Numbered from the stretch's first letter, positions 41,785 to 51,781 are shown. The stretch is 64,000 nucleotides of DNA from an uncultured Alphaproteobacteria bacterium (GCA_944390835.1 CALXQT010000024.1:3037-67036), one strand, 5' to 3'. Program-made: numbers and translations. Notes: generated by a model not told the origin, from the letters alone.

Positions 41785-42201
41785 TTATTTAACTGTTGTT
41801 GTGGCATTACGATTCCATTTCCAAACTTCTTCACCAGTACCTTGTACTAATGGACGTTCTTTACCATAAGAAATGGTGGAAATACGTGAAGATTCGATGC
41901 CGTCTTTTACTAACACTTGTTTAGCAGCGTTTGCACGACGTGCACCTAAAGCCAAGTTGTATTCTGTAGAACCACGTTCGTCGCAGTTACCTGCAATTTG
42001 GATTTTCACGTCACCATGATTCTTCATGTACAATGACTGACCCAACAAATTGTCACGTGCTTCATCAGAAATTTCAGATGAATTAAACGCGAAGAATACG
42101 CGTTGATCATTTAAATCAGCTGGTTCTACGATTGATGAGCCACCACAAGCAGCCAACAATCCAGCAACGCCAGCCAACAAAGCAAAGTTTTTAATTTTCA
42201 T
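41785..42201 (-). CDS. pal: Peptidoglycan-associated lipoprotein Pal (OmpA family)
   Basis: Lipobox LLAAC and the OmpA-C motif NLALGARRANAAKQVL. Confidence 0.85.
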   Translation of the reverse strand: MKIKNFALLAGVAGLLAACGGSSIVEPADLNDQRVFFAFNSSEISDEARDNLLGQSLYMKNHGDVKIQIAGNCDERGSTEYNLALGARRANAAKQVLVKDGIESSRISTISYGKERPLVQGTGEEVWKWNRNATTTVK

Positions 42202-42279
42202 GAAAATACTCCCTTGAGTTTCTGTTGCTCGTGTTCTATTTTAGAATAAAAGGTTTGAGAAATCAAGGAAAAACAAGTT

Positions 42280-43080
42280 ATGAACGATTGGAATTTAAAG
42301 GATTTAGTTTTATCTGGCGTTAAATGGGAAATAACAGATATGCCGATAGCATTAGTCCCTATAGCAAAAAACGTATTTTCTGGGGCAGATTCTATTAAGC
42401 CCGTTGCGGCAGCAGAAATAAAAAATTCGGAAAACATTCCTGGGCGTACTCACACATCTATTGTGCCGCCGATCGCACCGCAACAGGTTATATCCGTTGA
42501 TACCGCCGCTGCAATGGCAGCAAGACCGGTTGATATAAATGCATTATGTAGAATGATTTCTGAGTTTAATCATCCGTTACGTACGGGGGGGGCTAATGTG
42601 GTTCTTCCTCATATTGCTTCCAAACCTAATGGATTAGTGATAATAACAGATGTCCCGGGGGGTGAAGATGATGCAACTGGGCAAATTTTAAGCGGCGCAG
42701 CGGGTGATTTGTTAGATAAGATGTTATCTGCAATTGAAACAAGTCGTGACGAAGTTTCTATTGTTCCATTGGTTTTTTGGCGTACCCCAGGTGGTCGCAC
42801 ACCAAGTCATGACGAATTAGATTTAGCGCGTCCTTTTGTAAACCGAATACTAGAATTTTTAAAACCCAGATTTATTTTAACTTTGGGTACGCTTTCAGCG
42901 TCAGAAATTGCAAACGTAGTATTACCGCGTGGCCATGGGATGACGGTTATGTTAGCTTCTGGGGCCACAGTTATGCCAATTTATCATCCGAATTATCTTA
43001 TTTTGAAACCTGCGGCAAAGCGTGACGCATGGAATGCTTTGCAAATAGTGCAAAATTTGTTGAAAAGCACAGATAAATAG
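42280..43080 (+). CDS. Uracil-DNA glycosylase superfamily protein (family 4-like) with an N-terminal extension of about 100 aa
   Basis: VPGGEDDATGQILSGAAGDLLDKML resembles the family-4 GE.PG..ED..G.PF.G.AG.LL motif; C-terminal HPNYLI. Confidence 0.55.
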   Translation: MNDWNLKDLVLSGVKWEITDMPIALVPIAKNVFSGADSIKPVAAAEIKNSENIPGRTHTSIVPPIAPQQVISVDTAAAMAARPVDINALCRMISEFNHPLRTGGANVVLPHIASKPNGLVIITDVPGGEDDATGQILSGAAGDLLDKMLSAIETSRDEVSIVPLVFWRTPGGRTPSHDELDLARPFVNRILEFLKPRFILTLGTLSASEIANVVLPRGHGMTVMLASGATVMPIYHPNYLILKPAAKRDAWNALQIVQNLLKSTDK

Positions 43081-43118
43081 ATAATAATTTCCACATAATA
43101 TTTAAAAAGGAGCCTAAG

Positions 43119-43667
43119 ATTAAAACATCTTTTAACCGTGATAATCGCCGGGATACGGGCCCGCGCACAAACAACAGAATTTTCGCAAAATCTGTTCAGG
43201 TAATCAGTTCTTCGGGGCAGAATCTTGGTGTTATGCCAACAGCTCAGGCCTTACAAATGGCTGCAGACGAAGGTTTAGATCTGGTTGAAATCAGCACGAA
43301 TGGTGATACTACTATTACAAAAATTATGGATTTTGGTAAGTTTAAATACGAACAAAAAAAGCGTGCAGCAGAAGCCAGAAAAAATCAGAAAACAATTGAA
43401 ATGAAAGAGGTTTGGGTCAAACCTTTCATTGAGGAAAATGATTTAAATATAAAAATGAAAAAAGTATTTGAGTTTCTGGGAGAGGGCAATAAAGTAAAAA
43501 TAGCCGTTATGACCAGAGGTTCAAAAAAAGTCTTGGCCAGGGGTAAAGACGCTGTCCCTGAATTGTTCGCAAGAATAATGGAAATCGTTGGTGATAAGGG
43601 AGTTCTGGAAGCAAAATCAAAACCAGATGAGCGAACAAAATCTATAATAATTGCACCTGCAAAATAA
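43119..43667 (+). CDS. infC: Translation initiation factor IF-3 with a non-canonical ATT start codon
   Basis: Extending the track ORF 43233..43667 upstream in frame gives IKTSFNRDNRRDTGPRTNNRIFAKSVQVISSSGQNLGV..., which aligns to the IF3 N-domain (NRINGEIRA.EVRLI..G). ATT at 43119 is preceded by AAGGAG at about 43107-43112. Confidence 0.75.
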   Translation: MKTSFNRDNRRDTGPRTNNRIFAKSVQVISSSGQNLGVMPTAQALQMAADEGLDLVEISTNGDTTITKIMDFGKFKYEQKKRAAEARKNQKTIEMKEVWVKPFIEENDLNIKMKKVFEFLGEGNKVKIAVMTRGSKKVLARGKDAVPELFARIMEIVGDKGVLEAKSKPDERTKSIIIAPAK

Positions 43668-43693
43668 GTACCGCCTTTTGGCGGTATTTTTAT
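43668..43693 (+). terminator. Terminator GTACCGCCTTTTGGCGGTATTTTT
   Basis: Hairpin plus T-run after infC. Confidence 0.65.
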
Positions 43694-43755
43694 TAAAAAA
43701 TCTTTGCCTTTTTTTGTTTCTTTTTGTATGGTTCCCTTATATAGAAGGTAAAAAA

Positions 43756-43959
43756 ATGGACGAAAAAAAATTATCTTTTGAAGATGCATATAAACAACTA
43801 ACTGAATTAGTAAAAAAAATGGAATCTGGCGAGTTGCCTTTGGCAGAGTCTGTCGCTGCGTATGAACAGGGGATTAAATTGAAGGCGTATTGTGAACAGC
43901 TGTTAAAAGAAGCCGAATTAAAAATTGAAACATTAAAGGTTACACCTGCTCAAGCATAA
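43756..43959 (+). CDS. xseB: Exodeoxyribonuclease VII small subunit
   Basis: MDEKKLSFEDAYKQLTELVKKMESGELPLAESVAAYEQG is the typical XseB helical hairpin. The track ORF start at 43651 is an upstream artefact. Confidence 0.8.
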   Translation: MDEKKLSFEDAYKQLTELVKKMESGELPLAESVAAYEQGIKLKAYCEQLLKEAELKIETLKVTPAQA

Positions 43960-43969
43960 TGGATTTATC

Positions 43970-46522
43970 GTGGCGGACAAAACAAAATTAACCCCAGTTA
44001 TGCAGCAATATGTCAACATGAAGGAAGAAAATCCTGATGCCTTGTTGATGTTTCGTTTGGGGGATTTTTATGAGGCTTTTTTTGACGATGCAAAAATAAT
44101 CAGCCAAAGTTTAGGTTTGGTATTAACACAACGTGGTACAGATGGGGATGGTGAAAATATCCCTATGTGTGGTATTCCATGGCATGCGGCTGACAATTAT
44201 TTTGGGCGTTTGGTTCGCGCTGGATTTCGTGTCGCATTGGTAGAGCAGATGGAAACTCCTGCGGAGGCAAAGGCGCGCGGGCATAAATTTATAGATAGGA
44301 AAATTATTCGAGTTTTAACCCCGGGGACCTTAACGGATGAAAATTTATTAACGCCGAAAAATTCTAATTTTTTAATATCGGTTGTTATGTTAGATGACGG
44401 ACAATTTGATATTGCAGGATGTGATATTTCAACGGGAGAATTCTTTGTCGGAAAGACTGCTGATGTAATTGATGATTTGGTTCGTATAAATCCGGCCGAG
44501 GTTATATATCCGGAATCTTTGGCAGAAAACGAAACAATTATGCATCTGCGTGACGTTTTTAAAACAACACCCGTATACGAGAAATTATATCATCGTGCTG
44601 ATATTGATATCATTGTATCTAATGTTTTTGGTGGGGCTGTAGCACCGGGTGATATCGCTGCTGTAAATTATGATAGCGCCATAAAATTATTAGCTGGTTA
44701 TTTGTTTAATACTCAACGTGGTGCGTCAATAACTTTTCGTGCACCATACGTATATAAATCTGGGCGCCAGCTGTTAATAGATTCTGCAACGTGGAAAAGT
44801 CTAGAAATTGATGCGCCAATAAATGATGGCGGTATATGCTTAACAGACGTTTTAGACAACACAAAAACTGCAGCAGGTGCGCGTAAATTACGTTCTTATT
44901 TGCGTACGTTATCGGGTGATATTGATGAAATAAAGCGTAGACAGGGGCATATAGGTCATTTAATTTTAAATCCAGATGTAATGGGATCTGTTTCTGCTAC
45001 GTTGTCATCTGTACCAGATGTTGGCCGTAGTTTATCTAGATTGTTATCTGGGCGTGGTACACCGCGTGATATGCGGCATATTACAGATTTCTTAATAGAG
45101 TTGCCGAACGCAAAAATGTTAGGGGCACGTCTTGATTCAGGATTAGCAATAAAGTTTTCAGAAATTGATACTCATGATGCGTTGGCTTTAGAACTAGGGT
45201 CTGCCTTAAGTGATGAGCTGCCGACGTTCTTTCGTGACGGTAACGTAATTCGTGACGGTTTTGATGTGTCCTTGGATCATATGCGAGGGCTTGCACACGG
45301 TGCAAAAGAAACAATTGCAGGTATGCAGGCAGAATATGCATCTTCGACGGGTGTTCATAATTTGAAAATTAAATATAACAATATACTTGGGTATTTTATA
45401 GAGGTGCCTAGTGCTCGTGCAGATGCTTTAATGAAACCCGAGTCAGGTTTTATTCACCGTCAAACTATGGCTGGCAATATGCGTTTTACAACGGCACGTT
45501 TAATCGACTTAGATAACGACGTTCGCAGCGCAGCCGAAAAATCTGATGCGATAGAAGCGGAAATAATATCAAGATTAATTGAAAAAATTCGTAATGTTGC
45601 AGATGATTTATTATCAACAGCCGAATTACTGGCAGATTTGGATGTATGGTATTCTTTGGCAACGGTTGCGGATAAATATTCATGGGTTCGACCAGAAATA
45701 ACAAATGACGTTGCATTTGATGTGGTTGGTGGACGACATCCTGTAATTGATTTCGTATTGCGCAGTCGTGGCGATAATTTTGTAAAAAATGATTGTAATT
45801 TAAATGTAAAATCAATCGCTTTATTGACGGGGCCAAATATGGCCGGTAAGTCAACTTATTTACGTCAAAATGCTTTGCTAGTGGTTCTTGCACATCTTGG
45901 GTCTTTTGTTCCAGCTATAAGCGCAACAATCGGTATTTGCGATCAATTGTTTAGTAGAGTGGGGGCCTCTGATAATTTAGCCGCGGGACAATCCACTTTT
46001 ATGGTGGAAATGAGTGAAACTGCAAACATATTAAATCGAGCAACCAAAAATTCTTTCATTATTTTTGACGAAATAGGTCGCGGAACTTCTACGTATGATG
46101 GTATGGCGATTGCCCAAGCCGTATTGGAATACTTAAACGAATTACAACCAAGAACTTTGTTCGCAACACATTATCATGAATTAACTGCGCTGGTTGGGTG
46201 TGGAATAGGGCAGTTACAAAACGTGTCTTGTTTAACAATAGATGTTCGTGAACATAACAATGAAATAATATTTATGCATAAAATTATTTCTGGTGTTGCA
46301 AATCGTTCTTATGGCATACAAGTTGCTAAAATGGCGGGTATGCCAAAGTCGGTTGTCACGAGAGCAGAGGAAGTTTTGGCTGGTTTAGAGTCTCATAATG
46401 AAATGCTGTGTGAAGATGTTAGACCAGTTGAAAACAAAAATGGGAGTTTTAAAGGGGAGAAAAAAGAGGCAAAAGTATCGCAACCCCAAAACGGGAAAAA
46501 GCAATTGAATTTATTTGGATGA
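43970..46522 (+). CDS. mutS: DNA mismatch repair protein MutS
   Basis: N-terminal mismatch-binding domain (GDFYEAFFDDA), Walker A GPNMAGKST; 850 aa. Confidence 0.9.
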   Translation: MADKTKLTPVMQQYVNMKEENPDALLMFRLGDFYEAFFDDAKIISQSLGLVLTQRGTDGDGENIPMCGIPWHAADNYFGRLVRAGFRVALVEQMETPAEAKARGHKFIDRKIIRVLTPGTLTDENLLTPKNSNFLISVVMLDDGQFDIAGCDISTGEFFVGKTADVIDDLVRINPAEVIYPESLAENETIMHLRDVFKTTPVYEKLYHRADIDIIVSNVFGGAVAPGDIAAVNYDSAIKLLAGYLFNTQRGASITFRAPYVYKSGRQLLIDSATWKSLEIDAPINDGGICLTDVLDNTKTAAGARKLRSYLRTLSGDIDEIKRRQGHIGHLILNPDVMGSVSATLSSVPDVGRSLSRLLSGRGTPRDMRHITDFLIELPNAKMLGARLDSGLAIKFSEIDTHDALALELGSALSDELPTFFRDGNVIRDGFDVSLDHMRGLAHGAKETIAGMQAEYASSTGVHNLKIKYNNILGYFIEVPSARADALMKPESGFIHRQTMAGNMRFTTARLIDLDNDVRSAAEKSDAIEAEIISRLIEKIRNVADDLLSTAELLADLDVWYSLATVADKYSWVRPEITNDVAFDVVGGRHPVIDFVLRSRGDNFVKNDCNLNVKSIALLTGPNMAGKSTYLRQNALLVVLAHLGSFVPAISATIGICDQLFSRVGASDNLAAGQSTFMVEMSETANILNRATKNSFIIFDEIGRGTSTYDGMAIAQAVLEYLNELQPRTLFATHYHELTALVGCGIGQLQNVSCLTIDVREHNNEIIFMHKIISGVANRSYGIQVAKMAGMPKSVVTRAEEVLAGLESHNEMLCEDVRPVENKNGSFKGEKKEAKVSQPQNGKKQLNLFG

Positions 46523-47031
46523 AAGGAAATTATATGTACGTTCGCCCTATAATTGTTTTTAAGACGTCTTTTTACGAACCATCGTATTGTGAATTTAGAA
46601 ATATTAGCTCTTTGCAGAATTTTTTAAAAAATTTTGATTTTATGCGACCGCATAAGATTAGTCGATTATCAACGGGGTTGCCTATATTTCGATTAGGGGT
46701 TAAATACGAATGTTTCATGGAGGGTTATGTCTTTAGATCTGACGTTAAATGGCTTAGTGCTTTTTTATGTGGGCGGTACTGCAAAAAAGACAAAAATGGA
46801 AAAATGGTGGTAAGTGTACCATTTGATAAAATTATAGAAAAAGATAATGATAGTACAGTTTATCGTGAATATAAAGAAATCCCTTTTCATAAAGATATGG
46901 TAGACGCTGTAATTAATGTTGATAAATTACGTCAGGTTTGGCCGAAAAATGTTACTATGTCAGAAATGGCAAAATTTTTAAAGTCTGTTGAGAAAAACAA
47001 AAATAAAATATGTAAAAAAAGGGTTCGTTAA
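46519..47031 (+). CDS. Hypothetical 170-aa protein between mutS and truB
   Basis: No recognisable motif. Overlaps the mutS stop by 4 nt. Basic C-terminus. Confidence 0.35.
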   Translation: MKGNYMYVRPIIVFKTSFYEPSYCEFRNISSLQNFLKNFDFMRPHKISRLSTGLPIFRLGVKYECFMEGYVFRSDVKWLSAFLCGRYCKKDKNGKMVVSVPFDKIIEKDNDSTVYREYKEIPFHKDMVDAVINVDKLRQVWPKNVTMSEMAKFLKSVEKNKNKICKKRVR

Positions 47032-47033
47032 CA

Positions 47034-47909
47034 GTGGTTTCGGGGTGGGTAATTTTAGACAAACCTGCTGGTATATTCAGTCGCAGTGCAGGTGCTCAGG
47101 TTGCTCGTATGTTCGGGGTAAAAAAATTCGGACATATTGGAACGCTTGATCCTATGGCTTCTGGCGTTTTACCAATCGCGCTTGGGGCGGCAACAAAAAT
47201 GATACCCTTTGCAGAAGAATTTCGATCAAACATAAAAGAATACTTGTTTTCTATGCAATTTGGTTTCGAAACCGATACTTTAGATATAACAGGCACCGAA
47301 ATATCAAGAACAAATGTTGTACCGTTAAAAGAAGACGTTTTATCTGTATTACCACAATTAATCGGTGATATAGATCAAATTCCGCCAATGTATAGCGCAA
47401 TACACGTAAATGGACAGCGAGCATACGATTTAGCGCGCCAAGGCAGGAAATTTGATAAGATGCCTTTTCGTCGCGTTTATATAGAGGCATTAGATTTAGT
47501 AAATATAAACAAAGAAAGTTGGGTTTTCAGAGTGCGCTGCAGTCGTGGGACATACGTACGTGCAATTGCACGTGATATAGCAAAATTATGTGGTACAGAA
47601 GCGACTGTTGATATGATAAAACGAACGGAAAGTATTGGTTTGAATATAAAAGATGCTGTACAACTTGATTTTTTGGAAAAAGTGTTTAATAATAGTGCAG
47701 ATTTCAAGGAAATCTTGAAACCGATAGATTTTGTGCTGGGGGACATTCCGGTTCAAAGTTTGGATGATGAACAGGTCGTTTTATATAGAAACGGTGGGTT
47801 TATCAAAACAGATCGTAAAAATGGCTATTATCGCATATATAATGGTTCTGACTTTGTTGGGATTGGTGTGGTAGTAGACGGTTTTTTACGACCGAAAAGA
47901 ACAATTTAA
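47034..47909 (+). CDS. truB: tRNA pseudouridine(55) synthase TruB
   Basis: GHIGTLDPMASGVLPIALG catalytic Asp motif; PUA-like C-terminus. Confidence 0.9.
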   Translation: MVSGWVILDKPAGIFSRSAGAQVARMFGVKKFGHIGTLDPMASGVLPIALGAATKMIPFAEEFRSNIKEYLFSMQFGFETDTLDITGTEISRTNVVPLKEDVLSVLPQLIGDIDQIPPMYSAIHVNGQRAYDLARQGRKFDKMPFRRVYIEALDLVNINKESWVFRVRCSRGTYVRAIARDIAKLCGTEATVDMIKRTESIGLNIKDAVQLDFLEKVFNNSADFKEILKPIDFVLGDIPVQSLDDEQVVLYRNGGFIKTDRKNGYYRIYNGSDFVGIGVVVDGFLRPKRTI

Positions 47910-47927
47910 ACGTAAAAAGGGAAAACA

Positions 47928-48200
47928 ATGTCCGTTACAAAAGAAAAAAAGAGCGAATTGATTCAGACGTATAAAACGACTGAAAAAGATAACGGCGGTT
48001 CTGCGGCTTCTCAAGTTGCGGTTCTGACGGAACGTATTCGTAATTTAACAGAACATATGAAAAACAATCATAACGATCAACATTCTAAACGTGGATTGTT
48101 ATTGATGGTTAATCGCCGCAAGAAATTATTGGCGTACATAAAGAAACGCAATCCTGCGGAATACGAAGATTTGATTAAGAAATTGGGTCTACGTAAATAA
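47928..48200 (+). CDS. rpsO: 30S ribosomal protein S15
   Basis: 89-aa protein with [28 protein letters not shown]. Confidence 0.9.
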   Translation: MSVTKEKKSELIQTYKTTEKDNGGSAASQVAVLTERIRNLTEHMKNNHNDQHSKRGLLLMVNRRKKLLAYIKKRNPAEYEDLIKKLGLRK

Positions 48201-48226
48201 AAAACCGGCAATCGCCGGTTTTTATT
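48199..48226 (+). terminator. Terminator after rpsO: AAAAACCGGCAATCGCCGGTTTTT
   Basis: Perfect hairpin. Confidence 0.7.
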
Positions 48227-48265
48227 TGCAAACGATTAAATATATTTTATAATCACTTGGTGCGA

Positions 48266-48300
48266 AGGGGAAATTGTTCATTCTTGCATTTGTTACGGAA
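48266..48300 (+). promoter_or_regulatory. pnp leader stem-loop (TTGCATT..AATGCAA), candidate RNase III/PNPase autoregulatory hairpin
   Basis: 7-bp inverted repeat in the 5-prime UTR of pnp, as in other rpsO-pnp loci. Confidence 0.35.
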
Positions 48301-48345
48301 TGCAAAAACGAATAATTTTTCTTCGCGTTTATATTAATTTAACAA

Positions 48346-50526
48346 ATGGAGAAATATATGTTATTTGGTTTATTTAATAAAGATGAAAAAACTCATTTAA
48401 ATAACCCCGTTGCAGTTGAAATACAGTATGGGGATGAAACGCTGCGTTTGGAAACAGGGCGTATGGCAAAACAAGCAAATGGGTCAGTGTTAGCAACTAT
48501 GGGCGGAACCATGGTATTGGCAACGGTTTGTGCAGAAAAAACAGCAGTTGAGGGGCAAGACTTCTTTCCTTTGACAGTTGACTATCAAGAAAAGTTTGCG
48601 TCTGCTGGTCGTATTCCTGGATCTCGTGATAGACGAGAAGGCAAAGCGTCAACAGGGGAAACTTTAATTGCTCGTTTAATTGATCGACCAATTCGTCCGC
48701 TTTTCCCAGAGACGTTTAAGAACAAGGTCCAAATTATAGCGCAGGTATTTTCTTATGATAAGAAAAACCAACCGGATATTTTAGCTATGATTGCGTCTTC
48801 TGCAGCATTGGCGTTATCTGGTGTACCTTTTGCGGGACCAATTGGGGCGGCGCGTGTTGGTTATTCAGATGGTAAATATATTCTGAACCCATCAAAGAAA
48901 ATGACGGAAGATTCCGAAATGGATTTAGTCGTTGCGGCTACAAAAGACGGCGTTTTAATGGTTGAGTCTGAAATCGGTGAGTTGGATGAAGCAACTACAT
49001 TAGGGGCTGTTAAATTCGGATTTGATGCTCAGCAGGACGTCATTAAGGCTATAAATGAATTGGCTGAAAAAGCAGGTAAAGAACGTTGGGCGGTTCCAGA
49101 AAAGTCAGAAGAATATGTTACTATGGAAAAGGACTTTGAGTCTTTTGCAGGTGAAGTTGAAGCAGCACTGCAAATTAAAGAAAAGTTAGTCCGTTTGGAA
49201 ACCTTAGGAAATATTCATACCGAAGCAAAGGCTCGTATTCCTGAATTGTTCCCAGAAGCAATAACTGCAACATCTACGCTAGAATCTTGGGCAGATGAAA
49301 TTATTGAAAATCTGACAGCGCGTATTATGCGTGGTAATATTTTGGCTGGTAAACCTCGTATTGACGGTCGCGATAACAAGACAGTTCGTCCAATTGAGAT
49401 TGAGTTGGGTGTTCTGCCTCGTGCGCACGGTTCTGCGTTATTTACACGCGGTGAAACCCAAGCATTAGTGTCTTTAACTCTTGGTGGTGGTAAAGATGCA
49501 CTGCCGATTGAATCGTTGGATGGTGATGAAGAACGTGATTTTATTTTAAACTATAATTTCCCAGGATATTCCGTTGGTGAATGCAAGGGTTTAAAATCAC
49601 CAGGACGTCGTGAAATTGGTCATGGTAATTTGGCTTGGCGTGCGCTACATCCGATGGTACCAAGTCGTTCTGATTTTGATTATGTTATCCGTGTTGTGTC
49701 CGATATTTTAGAATCTAATGGTTCTTCTTCTATGGCAACAACTTGCGGTGCAACTTTGGCGATGATGGACGGTGGCGTGCCTTTAAAACGTCCTGTTGCG
49801 GGTATTGCGATGGGGCTTATAAAAGAGGGCGATGATTATGCGATTTTAACTGATATTTTAGGGGATGAAGATCACCTTGGTGATATGGACTTTAAAGTAA
49901 CGGGTACAGATCGTGGTATTACGGCGTTACAGATGGATATTAAAATTACATCTATAACGTTTGAAATTATGGAACATGCATTAGCGCAGGCTAAAGATGG
50001 TCGTATGCATATTTTAGGTAAAATTGAAAAAGCGATCAAGGCCCCACGTAAGCATGTATCTGAATTCGCTCCACAGGCCTATACAATGAAAATCAATCCT
50101 GACAAGGTTCGTGATGTGATAGGTAAGGGTGGCGCCGTAATTCAGGCTTTAACTCGTGAAACTAATACTCAGATTGATTTAGAGGACGACGGATCTATCA
50201 AAATCATGGCAACGTCAAAGGAAGATGCTGATGCTGCGATTGCTCGCATTAAAGATATCGTTGCAGAACCAGAAGTTGGGGTTATTTATCCTGGGGTTGT
50301 TTCAGGGGTAAAAGATTTTGGACTGTTTGTAAAAATATTAAACGGTTTTGAATCAATGGTTCATATTTCTGAAATTACCGGTGAAAGAATTGCAAAAATT
50401 GAAGATACCAAAATAAAAGAAGGCGATAAAGTATTTGTAAAATATTTGGGCGCCGATAAACGTGGTAAAACGCGTATGTCTATGGTTGGTATCGATCAGA
50501 AAACTGGTAAAGAAATTGAAAAATAA
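48346..50526 (+). CDS. pnp: Polyribonucleotide nucleotidyltransferase (PNPase)
   Basis: Two RNase PH domains, KH and S1 C-terminus. The start is possibly ATG 48358 (MLFGLFNK). Confidence 0.9.
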   Translation: MEKYMLFGLFNKDEKTHLNNPVAVEIQYGDETLRLETGRMAKQANGSVLATMGGTMVLATVCAEKTAVEGQDFFPLTVDYQEKFASAGRIPGSRDRREGKASTGETLIARLIDRPIRPLFPETFKNKVQIIAQVFSYDKKNQPDILAMIASSAALALSGVPFAGPIGAARVGYSDGKYILNPSKKMTEDSEMDLVVAATKDGVLMVESEIGELDEATTLGAVKFGFDAQQDVIKAINELAEKAGKERWAVPEKSEEYVTMEKDFESFAGEVEAALQIKEKLVRLETLGNIHTEAKARIPELFPEAITATSTLESWADEIIENLTARIMRGNILAGKPRIDGRDNKTVRPIEIELGVLPRAHGSALFTRGETQALVSLTLGGGKDALPIESLDGDEERDFILNYNFPGYSVGECKGLKSPGRREIGHGNLAWRALHPMVPSRSDFDYVIRVVSDILESNGSSSMATTCGATLAMMDGGVPLKRPVAGIAMGLIKEGDDYAILTDILGDEDHLGDMDFKVTGTDRGITALQMDIKITSITFEIMEHALAQAKDGRMHILGKIEKAIKAPRKHVSEFAPQAYTMKINPDKVRDVIGKGGAVIQALTRETNTQIDLEDDGSIKIMATSKEDADAAIARIKDIVAEPEVGVIYPGVVSGVKDFGLFVKILNGFESMVHISEITGERIAKIEDTKIKEGDKVFVKYLGADKRGKTRMSMVGIDQKTGKEIEK

Positions 50527-50567
50527 TTGAATATGTTTGCGCTTCTTCGGGGGCGCATTTGTAAAAG

Positions 50568-50879
50568 ATGGAGAAAAAGATGGATATGGACGCATTAATG
50601 GCACAAGCCAGTGCTTTGCAGGAAAAAGTTAGCGCAGCACAAGAAAGATTGGCGTCAATGCACGTAAAAGGTATCGCTGATGCAGGGGCTGTTATTATTG
50701 ATATGACGGGAAAATATGATTTAGCAGAAATAAAAATACGCGAAGATGTTATGGCGCTTGGTGCGGCTCGTGTTGAAGCCCTGATAACCGCTGCTTATAA
50801 TGATGCAAAGGCAAAGGCTGACGAGTTAATTGATACTGTAATGGGCGAGGCCACAGCTGGTATGCCGATGCCGGAATAA
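50568..50879 (+). CDS. ybaB: Nucleoid-associated protein YbaB/EbfC
   Basis: About 100 aa; MAQASALQEK...V.G.AGAG.V...G.......I....V..D.E.LEDL..AA.NDA pattern. Confidence 0.75.
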   Translation: MEKKMDMDALMAQASALQEKVSAAQERLASMHVKGIADAGAVIIDMTGKYDLAEIKIREDVMALGAARVEALITAAYNDAKAKADELIDTVMGEATAGMPMPE

Positions 50880-50928
50880 AAAAACTGGACAAGTGATAAA
50901 AAATGATTTATGATTTGCCCACTGTTTC

Positions 50929-51005
50929 GGATGTTTAGCTCAGTTGATTAGAGCATCTCGTTTACACCGAGAGGGTCGGGGGTTTGAGTCCCTCAACATC
51001 CACCA
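50929..51005 (+). tRNA. tRNA-Val (anticodon TAC)
   Basis: GGATGTT/AACATCC acceptor, D-arm GCTC..GAGC, anticodon loop TTTACAC, T-arm GGGGG TTTGAGT CCCTC, encoded CCA. Confidence 0.85.
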
Positions 51006-51036
51006 AGAAAAATGCCATCCGAAAGGATGGCTTTTT
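51006..51036 (+). terminator. Terminator AAAAATGCCATCCGAAAGGATGGCTTTTT after tRNA-Val
   Basis: Perfect 8-bp stem plus T-run. Confidence 0.7.
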
Positions 51037-51037
51037 A

Positions 51038-51781
51038 CTACCGTTTATGTTGATGTAACCACAATAAAGATTTGGTTATGTAATCATTAGCCCTATTTGC
51101 ATCAAATTGTATCGTACCTGGTTTCTTTAAATTAAATTCGGCATCAATCCAGGTTTTGTAAATATATGGTACAACTGTTGATATCTTATCAAGGTTTTCA
51201 AATACATTTTCACCACATAAACCACCTGCATATCCATGACAGTGTCCTGCAAAATGCGGTTCTTCCCATTTATCTGGGCGCGAACCTGTGCCATAAGAAG
51301 AATCGTACAGTAGAGAAAAAGGAACATCTGTTCGGTACAATTTTTTTATGTATGACATAACAATTGGACCATTGTTTAATGAAAATATGAATTCCTTATC
51401 AGGGTGAGATTTTATTATATTTCTGATCGCATCTGTTTGTTGCAAGTTCATATTATTATCTATGTTTAATTGCCAACGGCGTATAATTGGTTTCCCTGTT
51501 TTGTCGCGCATGTTTAACCACTGTTGTATTTCTGGTGAAATTTTGTTGTTACAAAAATCTATGCACCAATCGTGGGTTAAATGCAGCGCCATGTTTATGT
51601 CTGATATATCTTGAGAGTGTAATAATGTTTCAAACCAGTCGTATTGCGGTTTACCCTTTTTTATATAGGAATTAGCAATAACACCGATTTCAATTAATTT
51701 TGATTGTTTAGCAAGTTTTATTAAACTATCGATAGAAGTTGACTCATCTGGTCCAGAGCATGTTATATAACGTAAATCCAT
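51038..51781 (-). CDS. PRAI(TrpF)-fold TIM-barrel protein, paralogue 1 (divergent)
   Basis: N-terminus MDLRYITCS (compare TrpF MxVKICGIT, catalytic Cys). RRWQLNID (compare AVQLHGDE), FSLLYDSSYGTGS..WEEP (compare LLDTK.GGSGKTFDW), GYAGGLCGENV (compare AGGLNPENV), WIDAEFNL (compare VDVSSGVE). Confidence 0.6.
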   Translation of the reverse strand: MDLRYITCSGPDESTSIDSLIKLAKQSKLIEIGVIANSYIKKGKPQYDWFETLLHSQDISDINMALHLTHDWCIDFCNNKISPEIQQWLNMRDKTGKPIIRRWQLNIDNNMNLQQTDAIRNIIKSHPDKEFIFSLNNGPIVMSYIKKLYRTDVPFSLLYDSSYGTGSRPDKWEEPHFAGHCHGYAGGLCGENVFENLDKISTVVPYIYKTWIDAEFNLKKPGTIQFDANRANDYITKSLLWLHQHKR

